Assembly (NCBI GenBank): GCA_965220745.1
Contig: CBDCQT010000011.1
Location: forward strand, 1 to 64,000
DNA: 64,000 bases
Direction: 5' to 3'
Source: Alphaproteobacteria bacterium
GTDB lineage: Bacteria > Pseudomonadota > Alphaproteobacteria > UBA828
Shown: positions 29,580 to 38,381 of the stretch, one piece after another
Layout: every line of letters begins with the position of its first letter
Position numbering within the stretch: the first letter of the stretch is position 1
Program-made: the position numbers and the translations under genes
The notes under the pieces: generated by a model
Database searches by the model: none
Seen by the model: the letters and a program-made list of their open reading frames with translations, nothing else
Told to the model about the DNA's origin: nothing

Positions 29580-31031
29580 ATGACGGTAGTTGTGGAAACC
29601 CGAGCCGATCTCACGCTGGAGGCCGCCCGGCGGGTGGCCTGGGAGGGCGAAGGGGTCGAGCTCGGCGAGAGAGCGCTCGCCGCCATGGCAAGGGGACGGG
29701 AGCGCCTGGAACGCATTATCGAGCACGATCCCGACGTCACCATTTATGGCGTGACCACAGGGCCAGGTCAGCTTGCCCGAAAGACGCTGACAACCGAACA
29801 GCGCGAGCGGTGGGCCGGCATGTCGCCGGCGCGGATCGCGGCCTCATGGGGCGATCCGTTGCCGGAGCGCGTGGTCCGCGCCATCGTGCTGGCGCGGTTG
29901 ACCAACTTCGTGGAAGGTCATGCCGCAGTCTCGCCAGATATCGCGCAGCGCGTCGCCACCATGCTCGACAAGGACGCGATGCCCATGGTCCCGACCAAGG
30001 GCCAAGGCGGCGCCGGCGAGATCCTGTCGTTGAGCCATCTGTTCATGGGCCTCGCTGAAGAGGCGGAGCCCGCAATCAAGGACGTGATGTGCCTGGTCAA
30101 CGGATCGCCTGCGGCCACGGGCCTCGTGACAGATGCCGCGCTGGTCGCCGAGGGTCGGCTCGAGATCGCAGCACGGGTCTTCGCGTTCTCCTTCGAGGCC
30201 TTCAACGCGCCGCTCGACCACCTCGACCCGGCACTCGGCGACTATTGGAACAACCCGCACGATCGCTGGGCGCTCGGGCGCCTGCGCGAGCTGGTGGCGG
30301 GCGGTCATGGCGGGGACCGACGCCCCTATCAGGCGCCCGTCAGCTACCGCATCCTTCCGCGAATGCTGGGTCAGGCCCGGCGCGCGGTATCACTGGCTGC
30401 GGAGGTCGCGGCTGAATCGCTCCAGGCGGTGACCGACAACCCGGTGTGGGCCGAAAGCGCCGACGACGATCAGCCATTCGGCCGCTTCGTCACGAACGGC
30501 GGTTATCACAACCCCCATGCGGTGCTTGCCATGGATGCGCTCACTGCTGCGTGCGCCAACCTCTGCGTTCTGGCCGAGCGCCACGGTGCGAAGCTTCTGG
30601 ACGGCGCCGTCTCGTTGCTTCCCGACCAGCTGGCGGTTTCGGACGTCGACGGCGATACCCCGCGCCCTTACATGGGATGTCTGCCGATGGCCCAGACCGG
30701 CTACGAGGAGGAAGCCCGCCTTTACACCCAGGCCACGGTGTTGCCCGGCAGCGAGTCAGGCGGTTTCGGCCAGAACGACGTGGCGAGCCCGGTGTTCCTG
30801 GCCTGGTCCAAACAGGACCGCGCCGGCCGCTGCCTCGACATGGCGCTCGCCAGCCTCGTGCCGATCGCGCTCCGCGCCCTGGACATCACTGATCGGCCCG
30901 TTCCTGCGCCGCTGGCTAAGCTGGAAGCCGCGGCCCGGGAGATCGTGCCCGACCCTGTGCAGCGCCCGGCGTTCGGCCCCGTGGTGGCCGCGCTCGCCGA
31001 CGCCTTGCGCCGCGATATCTATCCGTCTTGA
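29580..31031 (+). CDS. Aromatic amino acid ammonia-lyase (HAL/PAL) family protein lacking the ASG MIO motif
   Basis: IYGVTTGPG, VRAIVLARL, LVNG, YQAPVSYR, VTDNP, NGGYH, QND; cofactor loop reads GQGGAGEIL instead of GSVGASGDL. Confidence 0.85.
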   Translation: MTVVVETRADLTLEAARRVAWEGEGVELGERALAAMARGRERLERIIEHDPDVTIYGVTTGPGQLARKTLTTEQRERWAGMSPARIAASWGDPLPERVVRAIVLARLTNFVEGHAAVSPDIAQRVATMLDKDAMPMVPTKGQGGAGEILSLSHLFMGLAEEAEPAIKDVMCLVNGSPAATGLVTDAALVAEGRLEIAARVFAFSFEAFNAPLDHLDPALGDYWNNPHDRWALGRLRELVAGGHGGDRRPYQAPVSYRILPRMLGQARRAVSLAAEVAAESLQAVTDNPVWAESADDDQPFGRFVTNGGYHNPHAVLAMDALTAACANLCVLAERHGAKLLDGAVSLLPDQLAVSDVDGDTPRPYMGCLPMAQTGYEEEARLYTQATVLPGSESGGFGQNDVASPVFLAWSKQDRAGRCLDMALASLVPIALRALDITDRPVPAPLAKLEAAAREIVPDPVQRPAFGPVVAALADALRRDIYPS

Positions 31032-31107
31032 CGGAAGTTAGAGAGTCGCCCGCTCACACACCTTTGTGCACGCCTGACTGGCGCGGTGTTTGTGCCGGCA
31101 ATCGACT

Positions 31108-32130
31108 CTACATCGTCGTCAAACCGTCTTTTCCCGATGCATCGGATCGACAGAATGTGATTTCTGGCTCTCGGCTTATCCACCGCTCCCTGACGCTTCT
31201 TAATTCTTTGCTTTCCACTTTCAGTTCTCCTGCCAGGTCGACGAGCACCGTTAGAAAACGTCTCGCACTGGGGTTCCTTTGTCCTGTCGTTGTCAGAACG
31301 GCGTACAGGCCGCTTTTCGTCTGCAACCACTCATCACGAATTGGAATGAGACGGCCAGTCTCGAAATCGCCATTCAAATAGCCATTCCAACCCAGAGCGA
31401 GACCCTGGCCCCTCGCCGCAGCGTCCGTCAAGTGAAAGTAAATTTCGTGTTTTTCGATCGGGGCCTCCGGGGGCCGGCAGTTCTGTGACTTGAACCATGT
31501 CTCCCACGTTGTCCAACTCGCTCCCGCCGCGGTCCAGTCCAAACGGGGCACGCCAAGCCATTGAGAGGGATGTTCGGCGAGCTCCCGCCTGAAGCGCTTG
31601 AAATAGGAGGGCGAGGCTACCGGAACGACTTCTTCATCAAGTAGCCTCTCCGAATGTTGATTGCGGCGAACGGCCGAATACTCGAAGAACACGTCGACAC
31701 CCACCGGTAACAGAGAGGGAAGCATGTCGTATTCGCAGTTCAGTATCCGGAGATCAATGCTTTCATCCAGATGCCGCTTCAGCCTCGCGTAGAGTGGAAG
31801 CAAGATCATCACCGAAACGGCCTGCGTACAGCCTATCGTCACGATTGTGTTTTCGGCGTGAAGTTTGTCACTTGCGGCACGCAGGCTTTGAATTGACGGC
31901 TGTACAGAGGAAAAATAGTCTTCACCGGTTCTTGTCAGTACGAGACCTCGGCCCTTTCGTTCGAATAAGCGAACGTTTAGCGCGTTCTCCAGCTTACCGA
32001 TGTGACGGCTGATTGCGGGGGACGACACCTCCAGCTCCTCGGCAGCATGAACCACGCTACCGAGGCGAGCGGTCGCCTCGAACGCGAGCAGCGCGCTGGT
32101 GGAGGGAATGCCAGATTTGACGTCTTTCAA
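31108..32130 (-). CDS. LysR-type transcriptional regulator (GcvA-like)
   Basis: PSTSALLAFEATARLGSVVHAAEELEVSSPAISRHIGKLE...LFERKGR; AAARGQGLALGW; TTG start at 32130 chosen for its GAGG RBS; more A/T-rich than flanks. Confidence 0.88.
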   Translation of the reverse strand: MKDVKSGIPSTSALLAFEATARLGSVVHAAEELEVSSPAISRHIGKLENALNVRLFERKGRGLVLTRTGEDYFSSVQPSIQSLRAASDKLHAENTIVTIGCTQAVSVMILLPLYARLKRHLDESIDLRILNCEYDMLPSLLPVGVDVFFEYSAVRRNQHSERLLDEEVVPVASPSYFKRFRRELAEHPSQWLGVPRLDWTAAGASWTTWETWFKSQNCRPPEAPIEKHEIYFHLTDAAARGQGLALGWNGYLNGDFETGRLIPIRDEWLQTKSGLYAVLTTTGQRNPSARRFLTVLVDLAGELKVESKELRSVRERWISREPEITFCRSDASGKDGLTTM

Positions 32131-32228
32131 GGTGCCTCGCTGGTACCGTCCGATGTCGAGTCCTCTGAAGGTGTGTCGAACGCACCCCCCAATTCGTTGG
32201 GTAAACCCTATTCGTCTGGGCGCTCCCT

Positions 32229-32250
32229 GCCGCCTCCCAATTAGGAGGGG
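32229..32250. repeat. Copy 1 of a 22-bp palindrome-containing repeat (GCCGCCTCCCAATTAGGAGGGG)
   Basis: 20/22 identical to 33740-33761; lies between the LuxR 3' end and the LysR start. Confidence 0.7.
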
Positions 32251-32313
32251 ACTGCAAGAATTGTCAGTAGCATGGACGAGAGCGGAACGTGCCATTGTCA
32301 GCAGGCTAGGGTG

Positions 32314-33465
32314 TCATTGCTGCGCCAGAGGGAGGTCTCCCAACGACATAACCATTTGCACCAGGTCCAATTGACGGGAGATGCCGAGCTTTCCGAATAT
32401 ATGCTTTATATGCCAGCGGATGGTGCCTTCGCTCCGCCCCGTCTCGGTGGCGATTTGGCGGATGGTGTATCCCTGAGCCAACATCACCGCCACGTGGCTC
32501 TCCGCCGGTGTCAGGCCGAGCAGAGCTTCCACCAGCGCCGGATCGATACGTGCCCGGCTCGCCGGGTCGACCACCAGCACGAGCGCGGCGACGCTGCTGG
32601 GACGCATGTCCGTCCGCTCGTCGCTTACGGGCATCGTGTGCAAGACGAGACCGGGCGAAACGACCGAGCGTTTCACTATCATCGTGCCGCTTGCACCTTG
32701 GCCACCGAAGCGCGGCAGTGCCCGACCCAATACTTCTTGGAGAGCGGCGTCGTCTGTCGGTGTGCAGGCACACAGAAGACCGTCCCGGTCTGACAATCCA
32801 TCGCTCCTGCGCAGAATATCGCGGGCACGGTCGTTCGCGTCCACGATCCGCCCGCGCCGGTCAAGCTGGATGACTCCGAAACGGGTGTTCTCGAGCAACC
32901 CGATGACGGACGACCCCAGCGCGCGCGCGCTGACCAGCGACTGCCTGACCCGCACGAACTGACGAATGTGGGGCAGAAGACGCTCGATCGTCTCGATCCG
33001 GGCCGTCAACCAGCCGTCCCTGTCAACGGGATCGGCAGTTTGCCAGCCGATGTGCGAACTACCCGGCCCGTCCAGACGTACGTTGAGACCATTCTGGGTC
33101 TCGCCGAGCGGCATCGCCTCATTGAATGCCGGGGAGGTCTTACGCTCCTGGTCGGTGTAGAGCTCGGCGACACGGACCAGCCGGCTGTCGGGCAACTGCC
33201 TGAATCGAGGCATGCGTTCGTCGCTGGAGTGATAGACGTCGTAGTACAGCCGCTCGAAGTACTCGTTGCGCTCCCCGCGGTAGCAGAACCGTTTGAGGAG
33301 GATTTCGACGTCTTCCCGGGAGCGCCTCTCACCGAACACCAGGAAGTTGCCCTTCGACCCTATGGCCTCGTCGATCAGGCCCGCAGTCGCCGGCCAGTGC
33401 GCGTCGTCGAGCGCTGCTTCGTGCAGCGACCCCAGAATGCGCTCAAACAGCTCTTGACCGCCCAT
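32314..33465 (-). CDS. LuxR-family regulator with GAF/PAS-like N-terminus and C-terminal HTH
   Basis: SLHEAALDDAHW N-terminus, PAS-like GVIQLDRRGRIVDAN, HTH GLTPAESHVAVMLAQGYTIRQIA...TIRWHIKHIFGKLGISRQ. Confidence 0.9.
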   Translation of the reverse strand: MGGQELFERILGSLHEAALDDAHWPATAGLIDEAIGSKGNFLVFGERRSREDVEILLKRFCYRGERNEYFERLYYDVYHSSDERMPRFRQLPDSRLVRVAELYTDQERKTSPAFNEAMPLGETQNGLNVRLDGPGSSHIGWQTADPVDRDGWLTARIETIERLLPHIRQFVRVRQSLVSARALGSSVIGLLENTRFGVIQLDRRGRIVDANDRARDILRRSDGLSDRDGLLCACTPTDDAALQEVLGRALPRFGGQGASGTMIVKRSVVSPGLVLHTMPVSDERTDMRPSSVAALVLVVDPASRARIDPALVEALLGLTPAESHVAVMLAQGYTIRQIATETGRSEGTIRWHIKHIFGKLGISRQLDLVQMVMSLGDLPLAQQ

Positions 33466-33739
33466 GATGGGTCCATTGCGACGGTCTACGTCTGCGCGAT
33501 GCTGATTTGCCGCCGACCTCCGGTCTGTCGGCTTTGGCGGGGGGCAGCATTCAATCTTCGCTCTTGGCGAGCATTATTCTTCTCACCTCCGCCGGGCCGG
33601 CCAGCGACGCTCGCAGCCCCCAGCGGCATGGGCCACAGTCCTGCACCCGTATCGTCCCGTTGCCGGCGAACGGATACAGCGCTCCAACCACGATCGATGG
33701 CTGCGCATCGGACCAATAGTAAGCGGGCGCACGACTAGC

Positions 33740-33761
33740 GCCGCCTCCCAAATGGGAGGGG
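33740..33761. repeat. Copy 2 of the 22-bp repeat; perfect palindrome CCTCCCA-AA-TGGGAGG
   Basis: 7-bp arms, upstream of the LuxR gene. Confidence 0.7.
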
Positions 33762-33850
33762 GAACAGCCAAAATTGGGGGGCCTGCAACTTCGGCACGGG
33801 GATCGGCGTAAAGGGCGCGCGCCGGAGTGAACGGTCCCAGGCTCGGGCGT

Positions 33851-34672
33851 CTAGTGCGACATCAGCACCGGCACGGTCATCTGCCGCAGGATGTCGCGGG
33901 TCACGCCGCCCAGCAGCACCTCGCGCATGCGGTGGTGGCCGTAGCCGCCCATGACGAGGAGGCCCGCCCCGAGGTCGCTGATCTCGGAGAGAAGGGCATC
34001 GCTCGCACCGAGGTCCGACGAGCTGATTGCGTGCCTGGCATCTGTGCTGACGCCGTGACGCGCGAGGTAGGTGCTGACTTCGGCTCCCGGAATGTGCTTG
34101 CCGTCGCCGGTGTCGATACCGAGCACGATCACCTTGCTCGCCTGCTGCAGGAGCGGCAGCGCGTCGGCGAGCGCGCGCCTCGCCTCGCGGGTGCCGTTCC
34201 AGGCGAGCATGACGGTCTCCGCATTCACACTGAAGGAGCCGGCATAGGGCCAGACCAGCACCGGCCCCCCTGCGGCGAGCACCACGCTGTCCGCCAGCCC
34301 TGAGATGCTGTTGTCGTCGTCAGGGTCGGTCTGGCCGACGATGGTGATGTCGGCGTAGTGCGCACTCGTGGTGACGCCATCGACTGGGTCCCCCGTCAGC
34401 AGGCGCCATTCGGACGGCACTATCGACTTCGCCATCCGTTCGGAGAATTGCCGCTCGGCATCTTCGGCGGCCGCCCGCTGTTCCGTATCCAGACGCTTGT
34501 AGACCTCCGTGGAGAGCTCGAAGCTCGCGAAACCGGGGACGACGAGACGAGGCAGCACGTAGACGCCGGTCACCCTGCCTTCGTGTCTTTCAGCCAGCTC
34601 GATCGCCGCCTCCAACCGCACCTGCGAGCGCTTATCCTGAGCCAGATGAACGACGATGTCCTTGTACGCCAT
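33851..34672 (-). CDS. Universal stress protein (tandem Usp domains)
   Basis: MAYKDIVVHL, LAWNGTREARRALADALPLL, LLVMGGYGHHRMREVLLGGVTR, VPVLMSH; AGAAGGAGG RBS. Confidence 0.92.
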   Translation of the reverse strand: MAYKDIVVHLAQDKRSQVRLEAAIELAERHEGRVTGVYVLPRLVVPGFASFELSTEVYKRLDTEQRAAAEDAERQFSERMAKSIVPSEWRLLTGDPVDGVTTSAHYADITIVGQTDPDDDNSISGLADSVVLAAGGPVLVWPYAGSFSVNAETVMLAWNGTREARRALADALPLLQQASKVIVLGIDTGDGKHIPGAEVSTYLARHGVSTDARHAISSSDLGASDALLSEISDLGAGLLVMGGYGHHRMREVLLGGVTRDILRQMTVPVLMSH

Positions 34673-34760
34673 GATCAAGCCTCCTTCTCCGTACCGGCCC
34701 GTGCGTGACACCCGAGCCATGGAGCGCAAGTCAGCCTAACGGGGTGACTGAGGGCGCGGT

Positions 34761-34774
34761 TTGACATGGGTCAT
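34761..34774 (-). promoter_or_regulatory. FNR/FixK-type box upstream of the usp gene
   Basis: TTGAC-ATGG-GTCAT, one mismatch from TTGAY-N4-RTCAA, about 90 nt upstream of the usp start; FixK control of usp genes is known in Alphaproteobacteria. Confidence 0.5.
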
Positions 34775-34800
34775 TCCAGCCGCCGGCACGCGCCTCATTC

Positions 34801-35088
34801 CTAGTGCGCCATCAGCACCGGCACGGTCGTCTCGCACAGGATGTCGTGCGTGACGCCGCCGAACAGCCTCTCGCGCAGGCGGTGGTGGCCGTAGCCGCCC
34901 ATAACGAGGAGGCCGATGCCGTGATCGCCGATCTCGGAGAGCAGGACATCGCCCGTGTGGATGCCGAAGGAGGCCTGCGTGTGCCGAGCCTCCGCCCTGA
35001 CCCCATGGTGCGCCAGATGCGTGCTGATGTCGGCGCCGGGTATGTGCTTGCCGTCGGACCTGTCGACGCCGAAGACGATTACGGGCAC
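34801..35088 (-). pseudogene. Truncated universal stress protein paralog (C-terminal 95 aa only)
   Basis: VIVFGVDRSDGKHIPGADISTHLAHHGV...LLVMGGYGHHRLRERLFGGVTHDIL..VPVLMAH parallels the C-terminus of 33851-34672; no N-terminal part is recognisable upstream. Confidence 0.8.
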
Positions 35089-35271
35089 GGCAGGGCTGAC
35101 GCGGGCGCGAACGGCGGTCGGCGGCCGGCGGACGTCGTTCCCACGTCTGTCGTGCTCGCCGCCAAGCCGTCATCTGCCGTGCCCGCTCGTTGTCCCCTCT
35201 CCCCGACATGGTGAGGGGGGAACATCGGCGCAAGGCCGGGACGATCAAGGTCGTGGTGAGTACACCGCCGG

Positions 35272-35736
35272 TTACGCCGGCGCGTCGCGAGAGGGGACTT
35301 GGGCGAGAGCCCGGCCGGCAAGCACGGTCCGCTCGGCGACGGAGCACGTGGTCTCGAACTCGACGCGCCGGCGCTCCGGGATCAGGCGGTCCACCACGGC
35401 CCGCGCCACCACCTCGTCGCCGGGCCTGACCGGCGCCGTGAATCGGAGAGACTGCGACAGGTAGATGCAGCCCGGCCCCGGCATCCGGGTGCCGATGACC
35501 GTGGAAATCAATGCTGCAGTGCACATGCCGTGCACGATCCGGCCGCCGAAGCGCGACTGCTCGGCGAAGTCGTCGTCGAAGTGGAGCGGGTTGGTGTCGC
35601 CTGTCAGATCTGCGAAGAGCCGCATCTCCTCGTCGTTGATAATGCGCCCGTATTCCGCACTCATGCCAATCTTCAAGTCCTCGAAGAAATAACCGAATTG
35701 GGCATCGCCCGTGGCCGCCTGGGCCGCCTGCTCCAT
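35272..35736 (-). CDS. MaoC-family (R)-specific enoyl-CoA hydratase (PhaJ-like)
   Basis: FADLTGDTNPLH, RFGGRIVHGM, PGPGCIYLSQSLRFTAPV; GGAGGAGG RBS. Confidence 0.9.
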   Translation of the reverse strand: MEQAAQAATGDAQFGYFFEDLKIGMSAEYGRIINDEEMRLFADLTGDTNPLHFDDDFAEQSRFGGRIVHGMCTAALISTVIGTRMPGPGCIYLSQSLRFTAPVRPGDEVVARAVVDRLIPERRRVEFETTCSVAERTVLAGRALAQVPSRDAPA

Positions 35737-35944
35737 GACTGAGTTCCCTCCTCCCGTATTGCCGAGCGGCGGATTGTGCGGTGCAACAAGGCCCGTGGCA
35801 AGCGCCCCACGATACTTGCCGGCTGGCGGCAGGGGCGCCCCACCGCGCCCGCTCTGTTCGGGCGGGCGCCCGTTCGGTATATGTGGCGCTCCGGCGGGGG
35901 CGGCGTCGTTCGCCTGCGGCGCGGCAATGAGGGGAGGAGAACCG

Positions 35945-37480
35945 ATGGCCAAGTTTCCGACGGTGCGCACACCGACGATCGAGGAGGTCCTCGACATCGC
36001 CGAGGGCTACGGCATGACCATCACGGTCGAGGACGCGGAATCGTTCCAGGGCCTCATGGCGGGCACGATCGCGTCGTATCACCGGCTCGACGATCTCGAC
36101 GAGCCGAAGCTGCCCGTGAAGTATCCGCGCAGCACCGGCTACCGGCCGCCGCCGGAGGAGAACCCCTACAACGCCTGGTACTGGAAGTCCGAGGTCAAGG
36201 GCGCCAGCAGAGGGCCGCTCAAGGGCAAGAAGGTCGCGCTCAAGGACAACATCTGCCTCGCCGGCGTCCCGATGATGAACGGCGCTACGGTGCTCGAGGG
36301 CTACGTGCCCGATGTCGACGCCACCGTGGTGACCCGCATCCTCGATGCCGGCGGCACCATCGTCGGCAAGGCCGCCAACACCTATCTCTGCTTCGACGGC
36401 GGCAGCGCGACCACCGCCACCGGCATGGTCGATAACCCGCACAAGAGGGGCCATACCTGCGGCGGCTCGTCCGCCGGCAGCGGCGTGCTGGTCCTCACCG
36501 GCGAGGCGGACATGGCACTCGGCGGCGACCAGGGCGGCTCGATCCGCATGCCGGCCTGCTGGAGCGGCATTTACGGGCACAAGCCTACGCACGGCCTGGT
36601 GCCTTACACCGGCATCTTCCCCATCGAGATGACGCTCGACCACACCGGCCCCATGGCGCGCTCGGTGAGCGACGTGGCGGCCCTGCTCCAGGTCATCGCC
36701 GGCCCCGACGGGCAGGACCCCCGCCAGATCGGCACCAAGACCCAGCGCTACACGAGCGCCGTGGACAAGGGCGCAGACGGCATGAAGATCGGCGTCGTCA
36801 AGGAGGGCTTCGGCCATCCCGAGAGCGAGGACGCCGTCGACAGCTGCGTCAGCGCGGCGGTCCGGCGCTTTGCCGAACTCGGCGCCACGGTAGACGAGAT
36901 ATCGATCCCCATGCACCTGGACGGGCCGCACATCTGGAACGGCATCGCCGTCGAGGGCGCGACCGCGCTGATGCTGAAGGGCAACGCCTTCGGCACCAAC
37001 TGGGAGGGCTACTACACCACCTCGCTGATGGACGCCTACGCGCGCGGCTGGCGCTCGCGGCCGGACGATCTCTCCGAGACCGTGAAGTACGTCATGATGC
37101 TCGGCGAGTTCATGCACCGCGAGTACCACGGCCGCTACTATGCCAAGGCGCAGAACCTGAGCCGCCGGCTGCGCGAGACCTACGACGCGGCGCTCGCGGA
37201 ATACGACGTGCTCGCGATGCCGACGCTGCCGATGCTGGCGACCAAGCTGCCGGAGCCGGACTGCTCGCGCGAGGAGTACGTAGACGCCGCGCTCAACATG
37301 CTGGCGAACACCTGCCCGTTTGACGCGACGGGCCACCCGGCCATGACGGTGCCCTGCGGCAAGGCGGACGATTCGCCCATCGGCTTGATGCTGATCGGCA
37401 AGCGCTATGACGATGCGACCGTGATCCAGGCCGGCGGCGCCTTCGAGAGCCTCGGCGTCTACACGGTTTCGACCGTATAG
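35945..37480 (+). CDS. Amidase signature enzyme, type often linked to nitrile hydratases
   Basis: YRPPPEENPYNAWY, LKDNICLAGVPMMNG, GGSSAGS, GGDQGGSIRMPACWSG, KPTHGLVPYTG. Confidence 0.92.
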   Translation: MAKFPTVRTPTIEEVLDIAEGYGMTITVEDAESFQGLMAGTIASYHRLDDLDEPKLPVKYPRSTGYRPPPEENPYNAWYWKSEVKGASRGPLKGKKVALKDNICLAGVPMMNGATVLEGYVPDVDATVVTRILDAGGTIVGKAANTYLCFDGGSATTATGMVDNPHKRGHTCGGSSAGSGVLVLTGEADMALGGDQGGSIRMPACWSGIYGHKPTHGLVPYTGIFPIEMTLDHTGPMARSVSDVAALLQVIAGPDGQDPRQIGTKTQRYTSAVDKGADGMKIGVVKEGFGHPESEDAVDSCVSAAVRRFAELGATVDEISIPMHLDGPHIWNGIAVEGATALMLKGNAFGTNWEGYYTTSLMDAYARGWRSRPDDLSETVKYVMMLGEFMHREYHGRYYAKAQNLSRRLRETYDAALAEYDVLAMPTLPMLATKLPEPDCSREEYVDAALNMLANTCPFDATGHPAMTVPCGKADDSPIGLMLIGKRYDDATVIQAGGAFESLGVYTVSTV

Positions 37481-37518
37481 CCCGTACCGAGCAGCCGGCC
37501 CTGCTGGCAGCCCATCTC

Positions 37519-37557
37519 AAGGGGCGCCTCCCATCGCGGGCGGCGCCCCTTTCTCTC
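37519..37557 (+). terminator. Rho-independent terminator after the amidase
   Basis: AAGGGGCGCC...GGCGCCCCTT stem followed by TCTCTC. Confidence 0.6.
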
Positions 37558-37614
37558 GCTCCAGTCACGGCCCGCAGCGCGCGGGCACGTGGGATGAGAG
37601 ACAAAACTCTTGCC

Positions 37615-37799
37615 GGGATTCGCCGGGATCGACCGGGATTAAGTGGGATAAGCGGGATAAGCGAGACAGGTGGGACACGCGGGATGGAGCGAGATGAACC
37701 GGGACAAGTGGGATCGAGCGAGACAAGCGGGATGCAGCGGGATGAGTGGGATCGAGTGGGATTGAGTGGGATGAGCGAGACAGGCGGGACAGGTGGGAT
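37615..37799 (+). repeat. Degenerate tandem array, 20 units of 9-10 bp, consensus GRGAY(N)RAGY
   Basis: Counted by hand: gggattcgcc gggatcgacc gggattaagt gggataagc gggataagc gagacaggt gggacacgc ... gggattgagt gggatgagc gagacaggc gggacaggt gggat; intergenic between convergent genes. Confidence 0.9.
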
Positions 37800-37937
37800 G
37801 CCGCAGGGCGGACGGCGCTGCCCTCGGGCGCCGCGCGCCCGCCTGTCCCGCCCGTTGCGGCCCGTTCGCCCCCGCACCTCATGGCCCAATGATGGCGCAC
37901 GCGCCGCGCGCACTGCACCGCACCATGGTCCGGGGCG

Positions 37938-38342
37938 TCAGCCGATGACGGCGGTGGCCTCCACCTCGCAGCGGACATCGGGCGAATAGAGGGCCTGGAC
38001 GCCCATCAGTGTCATCGAGGGCGGCGTGTGGCCCTCGAAGAGCTTCCTGTTGGCTTCGTTCACCACCTCGCCTTCCTCGAAACGGTAGTTGGCGACGTAG
38101 GTGTTGAGCCGGACGATATCCGCCACCGTCCCGCCGGCCTCGGCGAGCACGCGCCGGATGTTCTCGTGCGCCTGGGCGAGCTGAGCCGCGAGGTCCGGTC
38201 CCACCGACTCGCTGTTCGCGTTCCAGCCGACCTGGCCCGAGAGATAGATGGTCTTGCCGCCCTCGGCCACCACCGCGTGGCTGAGGCCGTAGGTCAGATA
38301 GTCCGGCACGTTGTCCGGGTTGATGTGGGTGAACTTGGCCAT
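37938..38342 (-). CDS. RidA/YjgF family protein
   Basis: SHAVV..GGKTIYLSGQVG, NIRRVLAEAGG, MTLMGVQAL, CEVEATAV. Confidence 0.88.
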   Translation of the reverse strand: MAKFTHINPDNVPDYLTYGLSHAVVAEGGKTIYLSGQVGWNANSESVGPDLAAQLAQAHENIRRVLAEAGGTVADIVRLNTYVANYRFEEGEVVNEANRKLFEGHTPPSMTLMGVQALYSPDVRCEVEATAVIG

Positions 38343-38381
38343 GGGGCCCTCCGTCGTTGCGGCCGGGCGCGGGGCGGCGCC

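Noticed and set aside
34736-37336. 866-aa minus-strand ORF
   Set aside because: Antisense to the amidase and out of frame across MaoC and the usp fragment; no coherent domain.
37615-37799. Possible CRISPR array
   Set aside because: Units are only 9-10 bp, with no unique spacers of about 30 bp and no cas genes.
37293-37989. ORFs spanning the GRGAY array (37293-37913, 37565-37978, 37594-37989)
   Set aside because: Low-complexity translations of the repeat on both strands; mixed 9/10-nt units and no RBS argue against coding.
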